A DNA stretch of 64,000 nt from Gloeobacterales cyanobacterium. GTDB taxonomy: Bacteria > Cyanobacteriota > Cyanobacteriia > Gloeobacterales > PMM-0068. The notes under the pieces are model-generated. The model had not been told where the DNA came from. It ran no database searches and saw only the letters and a list, made by a program, of their open reading frames with translations. The translations under genes were made by a program, and so were the position numbers. This document shows, piece by piece, positions 58,359-64,000 of this stretch; position 1 is the stretch's first letter, and every line of letters starts with the position of its first letter. The DNA lies in the NCBI GenBank assembly GCA_038245785.1, contig JBBRSB010000008.1:71823-135822 (forward strand), read 5' to 3'.

Positions 58359-59002
58359 ATATACCTGCGCTCCATGGCCCAGCGGGCTAGCTCAGTGCGG
58401 TTTGTCAGTGCAGTTTTTTGCAACATGTTGCTTACATGACTTTCCACAGTCCGAGGAGAGACGCCCATTTCGTTAGCAATCTTTTTGTTAGAAAGACCAC
58501 GGGCTACATAGCGCAATACTCTATCTTCTGTGGCCGTAAATTCCACCTTGAATTGAATGGCCGTCATCGTTCTCCCCAAATTTCGGCGGTCATCTGGCTC
58601 ACGTCTTGGAGGCTTATATTCAGACCTGCGCAATAGAGCCTCTGTCAAGGCAACCAATTCAACAGGTTCACAGGGCTTTACAAGATAGGCATCTCCGCCT
58701 TCCTTGAGCCCTCGAATCCGGTCATGAACCTCCCCTTTTGCAGAAAGAAAGATTACGGGAAGAAGTTCACATCCAGGAATAGAACGTAGCACCCGCGTAA
58801 ATTCATAACCATCCATTTGGGGCATCATAATATCGCAGACAATTAAGTCTGGAGATTGACACTCCCTATTAAGTTTATTGAGGACTTCGATAGCTTGTCG
58901 GCCATTAATAGCTTGACTTAATCGATAGCCTCGTGCCTCCAAAAAGTCTCCCATCAGAAGGAGAAATCGGGCGTCATTGTCTATAAGCAGAAGATGTTTC
59001 AT
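58355..59002 (-). CDS. NarL/LuxR family response regulator (Ycf29-like)
   Basis: DIMMPQMDG, YLVKP, GLSNKKIA, TVESHVSNML.K...NRTEL. Confidence 0.9.
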   Translation of the reverse strand: MKHLLLIDNDARFLLLMGDFLEARGYRLSQAINGRQAIEVLNKLNRECQSPDLIVCDIMMPQMDGYEFTRVLRSIPGCELLPVIFLSAKGEVHDRIRGLKEGGDAYLVKPCEPVELVALTEALLRRSEYKPPRREPDDRRNLGRTMTAIQFKVEFTATEDRVLRYVARGLSNKKIANEMGVSPRTVESHVSNMLQKTALTNRTELARWAMERRYI

Positions 59003-59894
59003 AGGTTTGTTGGTTTATGAGTAGTGGAATAGGAAATGAAGTGAACATAGACAGTATCGAAGGGCAAACACTCTTGGGAATTAGAGAACAGATATCTTAG
59101 AAGAACAACTATAAGTGTCAGTTTACTTCATTGGCGGATACTCAGATTGACTAGTTGTTTTTCGGCGCAGGGATAAGCCAGCGTACATATTTCATTTGCT
59201 TTTCTGAAATTTGGTTGAACATTAAAATATTTCCTCAAATTATTTCGAAAAATCAAAACTCCCATGTCTATAGACATGCAAAGACCTCTTCAGACGCAAA
59301 AGTGCCAGAACCCTTCCACTTATTAATCCAACAAGTTGGATGTTTCTTTCAAATAGCTGAGAGAAGAAACTGTACTTGCTGGAGCTGTAGAAAGATTACT
59401 TAAACACGGTACCGCTTGTATGCGTAATCCCACGGAATCAGTTTGCAATATTTTTTGTATAGATAGAAACAAATTCAATCTCGTAGATACTCAAGCTGCT
59501 TGCTATAGAGGATTTCAGGCAATAAAGGTGACATCCGTGCTTTCACTTAGGATGCTTAGAAAAACTTATGTATATAAGGATGCAAACATAACTGTATCCC
59601 GCTCTATTTAAGGATTATTTGTGCTCTATAGTTTCCCTAACAATTTGGTGCAAACTCCTAAATTTTCTTTCCCGAAATAACTTTTTTTGCGTTTTCGCGC
59701 AATTAGATTGTCGTTTTCACGGTGGAAATCTAGCTCCATAGACCTGTAGGCAGAAATTTATCTATCTCAAATGAACTAATTATGCAGCCCATAAAATCTG
59801 GTGTGTCTTGCGGATCTGCCGTCACAAAATAGGCTGCTTCTTAGTGGCGCTACTAGCTACACTAATAGTGATAGCCCTCCATTTGAGGGAAAAA

Positions 59895-60746
59895 ATGGAA
59901 TTACTAAAAGCAGCTCAAAAAGTTACCGTTTACCTCAATGAAACAGATACCTGGCATGGTCAAAATCTAGCAGCAGTGATCGTGGAACGGTCGCGCAGAG
60001 CAGGATTGATGGGGGCAACTGTATTCAAAGGGAGCATGGGCTATGGTCGTCATAAGCTAGTTCATACCACCGACATTGTGGATCTATCGGCCAATCTGCC
60101 GTTGGTGGTTGAGCTAATCGATGCCCCGGAAGCAATAGAGCGTTTCATGCCAGAAATGCTAGAACTTGCAGGAGAAAGCCTGGTCTCCCTTGAGTCCGTA
60201 CAGATGAATCCCTGTCGCGTTGCTAAAGAATCTCTAGCAATGCCAAAATCACTTGTGAACCAGGGACCTCCCGTTCGCTTTGTGATGGCTGAAAAGCCCA
60301 TAGCTGTAAAACCAGAAACCCCTGTAAAAGAAATTGCCCAGTTTTTCTTGGAACACCATATCGAGAGTGTGCCAGTCGTGGACAGTCAGGGGCGTGTTTT
60401 GGGTATTGTCACCGACAAAGACTTAACCTACCGAGCCTTGAATATTCAAATTCCTCGCTGGCAGTATCTTCTATCTGGAGTGCCCCTAGTAAAGGAAATG
60501 TACGAGAAAACCCTACAAGAACTGCAAAAAGCACAAGGGAAAACGGCTAGTAGCGTGATGACCGCAAACCCGATTTGTGTCCAAGCCGAGGATCCTCTAT
60601 CGAAAGCCGCAGAGCAGCTATTGCATCATCGTATTGAACATCTTCCTGTTTTAGAAGGAGAACGACTCGTAGGAATGCTGACCTCAAGTGATGTGTTTGG
60701 ATACTTACATCGCCAAGGGTTTTATGAGAACGCAGGCAACAGTTAA
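59895..60746 (+). CDS. DUF190 (PII-like) + tandem CBS domain protein
   Basis: GATVFKG.MGYG, DLSANLPLVVELID; two CBS motifs. Confidence 0.85.
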   Translation: MELLKAAQKVTVYLNETDTWHGQNLAAVIVERSRRAGLMGATVFKGSMGYGRHKLVHTTDIVDLSANLPLVVELIDAPEAIERFMPEMLELAGESLVSLESVQMNPCRVAKESLAMPKSLVNQGPPVRFVMAEKPIAVKPETPVKEIAQFFLEHHIESVPVVDSQGRVLGIVTDKDLTYRALNIQIPRWQYLLSGVPLVKEMYEKTLQELQKAQGKTASSVMTANPICVQAEDPLSKAAEQLLHHRIEHLPVLEGERLVGMLTSSDVFGYLHRQGFYENAGNS

Positions 60747-60757
60747 TTCAAAAATTA

Positions 60758-60782
60758 AAGCCAGGGTTTTAGATCCTGGCTC
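60758..60782. terminator. Hairpin between convergent genes
   Basis: AGCCAGG...CCTGGCT. Confidence 0.45.
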
Positions 60783-60791
60783 GCATTCTCA

Positions 60792-61001
60792 CTAGCTCAT
60801 GCATCCACCGTGACGCTCAAAGCTTGCTGCGTGACTAGGGCGGATCTTCCCTTGAACATGATTGAAAAACAGAGGTTCATTGTCTGGGATACCTACACTA
60901 TGAGCTGCACGTCCCAACACTGTTTGCTGGCGATTGCGGATTTGAGCTCGTTGCTTAAGGGCTAACATGCGAGCCGATTGATAAATGGCCGTATCTGTCA
61001 T
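60792..61001 (-). CDS. gifA: Glutamine synthetase inactivating factor IF7
   Basis: AR.L......I.NRQQT.L.RAA..VG...VQGK...S matches the IF7 pattern; AGGAG RBS. Confidence 0.8.
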   Translation of the reverse strand: MTDTAIYQSARMLALKQRAQIRNRQQTVLGRAAHSVGIPDNEPLFFNHVQGKIRPSHAASFERHGGCMS

Positions 61002-61079
61002 GGCTGTGTTCTCCTGAAGGATGACATTACACGCTGATTTCTCCAGAGAGGGAAACCAACAGTCATGGACTACATGCAT

Positions 61080-61111
61080 ATAATAACTTATTGAATAGTA
61101 TCATAAGCTAC
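61080..61111 (-). promoter_or_regulatory. NtcA box and -10 of the gifA promoter
   Basis: GTA-TCATAAGC-TAC at 61098-61111; TATTAT on the minus strand at 61085-61080. Confidence 0.75.
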
Positions 61112-61239
61112 CGAATTAAATTTTACGGGCTTGGTAAGAGGCTTACAGGAATTTCAAACTGTTGGGAGACTGTAAAGGACACTTAGAAAGCTTGGGTATC
61201 CTAAGAGGGGAATCATCTGTGGAATCAGGTAGAGGCTCG

Positions 61240-62229
61240 ATGGCGATTGTTGTTTCGACGGTGAATATGAAGGGTGGAGTCGGTAAAACAACGCTTACCG
61301 TCAATCTAGCCGCAGCTCTTGCACAGGATTATCATTTTCGAGTGCTTCTCGTAGACTTAGACCCGCAGGTGAATGCCACCATCAGTGTTCTTGAACCAGC
61401 TCTTTGGCGCTCTTTGCACGATCAAAATCGAACGCTGCGCTATATGCTTCAGCATGGTTTAGAAGAAAAGACAGAGTCCTACTCTCAAGAAGTAATCCAA
61501 CATAGTATCTGCGGAGTAAAGGGTTTAGACCTATTACCTGGAGATTTGGAGCTTTACGATGAGTATGAACTTTTTAGCCATTTACTCCAACAACATGCCC
61601 AAGGGGACAAGGCCGAAAAAGGGATTCAGGTATTTCATGAGGATTATCAGTACTATCAGGCTCTTCTCCTTCATCAAGTACTGGCTCCGCTCCAAGACCA
61701 CTATGACTACATCTTGTTAGACTGTCCGCCCTCCTTTAATTTGCTGACACGCAGCGGATTGGCGGCCAGTGATTATTATGTCCTCCCTGTTCGGGCGGAA
61801 CCCCTATCCATTTTGGGTATTCGTCTAATCACGAACCGGATCAAGCACTTAACCCAAACCCTAAAACAGGCCCCCCAGCAGGTAGAACTCCTAGGCGTAG
61901 TCTTTAATATGTTGCAGCCCCATGCGCGCTATCCAATGAGTGTTCTACATGAAGTGCGTAAGGACTCTGGCAGAGAGAATGTCTTTCCTCAATGGATTCC
62001 TGCAGATTTAGAAGTAGCTAAAGCAGTCCAGAGACATCAGCCCGTGGTGATTGCCCAACCTGACTGCTTAGGCGCTCAAGCCTTTAAATTATTCGCTGAG
62101 GGCTTTTTGGACCGTATCGACAAACTGAGACCGTTCAAGTATTCGAAGTCTTCGATTCCTACCGAATCCAAGGCAAAAGATCTTCCTGTTTACTATCAGT
62201 CTTTCAAAGATGCTTTTGATGACTTGTAG
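61240..62229 (+). CDS. ParA/Soj family ATPase (no adjacent parB)
   Basis: NMKGGVGKTT, DLDPQ.NAT, YILLDCPPS. Confidence 0.9.
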   Translation: MAIVVSTVNMKGGVGKTTLTVNLAAALAQDYHFRVLLVDLDPQVNATISVLEPALWRSLHDQNRTLRYMLQHGLEEKTESYSQEVIQHSICGVKGLDLLPGDLELYDEYELFSHLLQQHAQGDKAEKGIQVFHEDYQYYQALLLHQVLAPLQDHYDYILLDCPPSFNLLTRSGLAASDYYVLPVRAEPLSILGIRLITNRIKHLTQTLKQAPQQVELLGVVFNMLQPHARYPMSVLHEVRKDSGRENVFPQWIPADLEVAKAVQRHQPVVIAQPDCLGAQAFKLFAEGFLDRIDKLRPFKYSKSSIPTESKAKDLPVYYQSFKDAFDDL

Positions 62230-62348
62230 CCTTAGTTGTAAGGGCCAGCAATAGTAGAAGTCTGGACCTGTAATAAAAGGAACTCTCGACCAGGATTATC
62301 TGCAACTAGAGATCAATCTGGCCAGGAATAAATGCAACTGAACCATCA

Positions 62349-62404
62349 ATCTCCGCCTGTGTACTTGGTCTAAATTTACATGACCTACACAGGGGAGATT
62401 TTTT
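62349..62404. terminator. Long hairpin with T-run between parA and intI
   Basis: AATCTCC.CCTGTGTA...TACACAGGGGGAGATTTTTT. Confidence 0.55.
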
Positions 62405-62442
62405 GTGACTATTTCATCAGTAGATAAAAATTGATAATGAAT

Positions 62443-63048
62443 TCAAAAATCAAGTGGACTGCGGACCCCTCGCCCACCACGGTTAAGCACTTAAGTATAA
62501 ATCATCGTAGTTTTTACATCTTTATGTCCTAGCAATTCTTGAACGGTGCGGATATCGTAACCGTTTTGGAGCAGATGAGTGGCGCATTTCGGCTTCGCTC
62601 AATGCGCAGAGCGGAAGGTGTGGCAACCTACCCATTTTTGGATACCCGCTGACGTACAGCTTGCTTCAAAGCCTTTTGCAAACTACTTTCATGCAGATAG
62701 TGACGGCGCACCACTCCAGTTCGAGGATATTTAGAAATGCGATCGGATGGAAATACATGTTGCCAGATCCATTCATATCCTGCATGGGGATATTTTCGCT
62801 CCAGGGCAAACGGGAGGTAAAGCCTGGTTTTGTGTTGATGAAGCAACATTTTGCTCTACTGCCAAGTAGGTAAGAAATTCTTCTATTTCCCTACCACCCA
62901 TCTCTTGGGGATGTCGCTTGTTATGGTACAGGATATACCGTTTAATCCAACTCACGTAGCTCTTTTCGGTCTTATAGGAGTAGTACTTGACTCGGATTAC
63001 ATCTCTCACTCGGTCTAGCAGTTTCTTAGGGGGCGGCTCTATAGTCAC
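62443..63048 (-). pseudogene. intI: Integron integrase pseudogene
   Basis: KLLDRVR...YS.KTE...[10 protein letters not shown]; integron-specific [11 protein letters not shown]...W.WQHVFPS...RRH; CHTFR...[35 protein letters not shown]. Internal deletion, frameshifts and stops. Confidence 0.92.
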
Positions 63049-63158
63049 GGTTTCATTTCCAGATAATGTCCCGCTTTAGAATGTTATCCAGAAATATTCA
63101 ACGTCACATCAGGATTTCAGCCGATATTTTTCTGGATATCATCCTGATTCTCAGGAAA

Positions 63159-63193
63159 TATACGGAAACTTTCCGTATAATAAACAGTTAGGT
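63159..63193 (+). other. attI site
   Basis: TATACGGAAA-C-TTTCCGTATA palindrome, then core GTTAGGT at 63187-63193, divergent from intI. Confidence 0.75.
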
Positions 63194-63262
63194 GGCTTGA
63201 ATTATCGGTTGGGGCAGTGCGTTGAGGCTATCTGTCTGTAGGATGGTACTAGCTGGTTGACT

Positions 63263-63844
63263 ATGGATACAGAAGGCAGAGTTGTAACAGATAGTGTGAT
63301 GCTGTGGCGGAGATTAAATAAACCAGGACACGAATCGGCTCACCTGCTGTTGCGTGAGTCCTGCTGGCATCTAACTGGAACAGCAGTGTTTGCATACAAT
63401 CAACTGTCTTGCCGCTTAGACTACTTGGTGATGTGCAATTTGGAGTGGCAAACAATATCCACAAAGGTAGCGGGCTGGGTTGGAAGTGCAATGGTTGAAA
63501 TCGAATTACTGGTCGATTCTGCTCAGTATTGGCAAATCAACGGAGTAGCCTGTCCTGCTGTAACAGGATGCCTTGATGTCGATCTGGGCTTCAGTCCGTC
63601 TACAAATCTGCTTGCGATTCGCCGTCTGAATTTGGATATTGGACAGGAAGCAAAAGCACGGGCAGCTTGGCTTAGCTTTCCAGAGTTTACCCTTGAGCCA
63701 CTCGAACAACTCTATCGTCGTAATCAAGAAGCAAGTTATTATTATGAGAGTGAGGGCGGTAGATTTGTTACCGAACTTGAGGTAAATACAGCGGGATTTA
63801 TTACTCAATATCCAGGTTTGTGGCAAGTTGAGACAGGCAGCTAA
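63263..63844 (+). CDS. Integron cassette gene: putative glycolipid-binding domain protein
   Basis: W.R...PGHE, GCLDVDLGFSPSTN.L.IRRL, LEQLY.R, YPGLW. Confidence 0.8.
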   Translation: MDTEGRVVTDSVMLWRRLNKPGHESAHLLLRESCWHLTGTAVFAYNQLSCRLDYLVMCNLEWQTISTKVAGWVGSAMVEIELLVDSAQYWQINGVACPAVTGCLDVDLGFSPSTNLLAIRRLNLDIGQEAKARAAWLSFPEFTLEPLEQLYRRNQEASYYYESEGGRFVTELEVNTAGFITQYPGLWQVETGS

Positions 63845-63857
63845 ACTATTCGCCGTC

Positions 63858-63924
63858 ACCTAACATAGTCCCTGAGGTGGACGGGAGTCAAGAGCAAACG
63901 CTGAACTTCTCTTCCTATCTTCCT
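63858..63924 (+). other. Partial attC
   Basis: R'' ACCTAAC (complementary to GTTAGGT) 13 nt after the stop; no clear matching right arm. Confidence 0.6.
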
Positions 63925-64000
63925 AATTGCATTACAGGGATTATTAGGGCGCAAGAAATCTGTCTATTGTTAAACGATGAAGTCTCAATTCGGTCTCAAC

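Noticed and set aside
59155..59611. Two short plus-strand ORFs
   Set aside because: No RBS or recognisable motifs; composition looks non-coding.
59700..59894. Fluoride riboswitch upstream of DUF190
   Set aside because: I could not find the crcB-motif core by eye, and there is no crcB gene.

Overview
Cyanobacterial chromosome segment (pcyA, crtR, gifA with an NtcA box, xisH/xisI, cyanobacterial-type phosphoketolase). It is possibly an early-branching, HIP1-poor lineage; this is an inference from the long-form hisG, adjacent pdhA-pdhB and rare GCGATCGC. All family calls come from recognising motifs by eye; no searches were run. Four blocks: (1) 1-11.6 kb is an accessory region off the 3' end of tRNA-Ser(CGA), with stress/dormancy-type genes (host-attachment/aeRF1-like, UPF0182, archaeal-type SAM synthetase, HPF-cold-shock fusion, Hsp20) and decayed prs and AIPR fragments. 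(2) 11.8-27 kb is core metabolism plus a tandemly duplicated lipoprotein pair. (3) 27.85-43.2 kb is a ~15 kb module bracketed by IS6-like remnants. It encodes a candidate extracellular proteolysis-to-transcription signalling system: TpsB, a small Cys-rich protein, TpsA, a secreted TPR-CHAT protease, DUF928, an AAA_35-CHASE2 receptor and an HTH-AAA_35 regulator. It also has a shared 18-bp upstream motif, two TpsA C-terminal relics and inserted DUF433/DUF5615 toxin-antitoxin (TA) pairs. This is the best candidate for a poorly described system. (4) 43-62 kb is core genes, followed by a dead integron (intI pseudogene, attI, one cassette with a partial attC).
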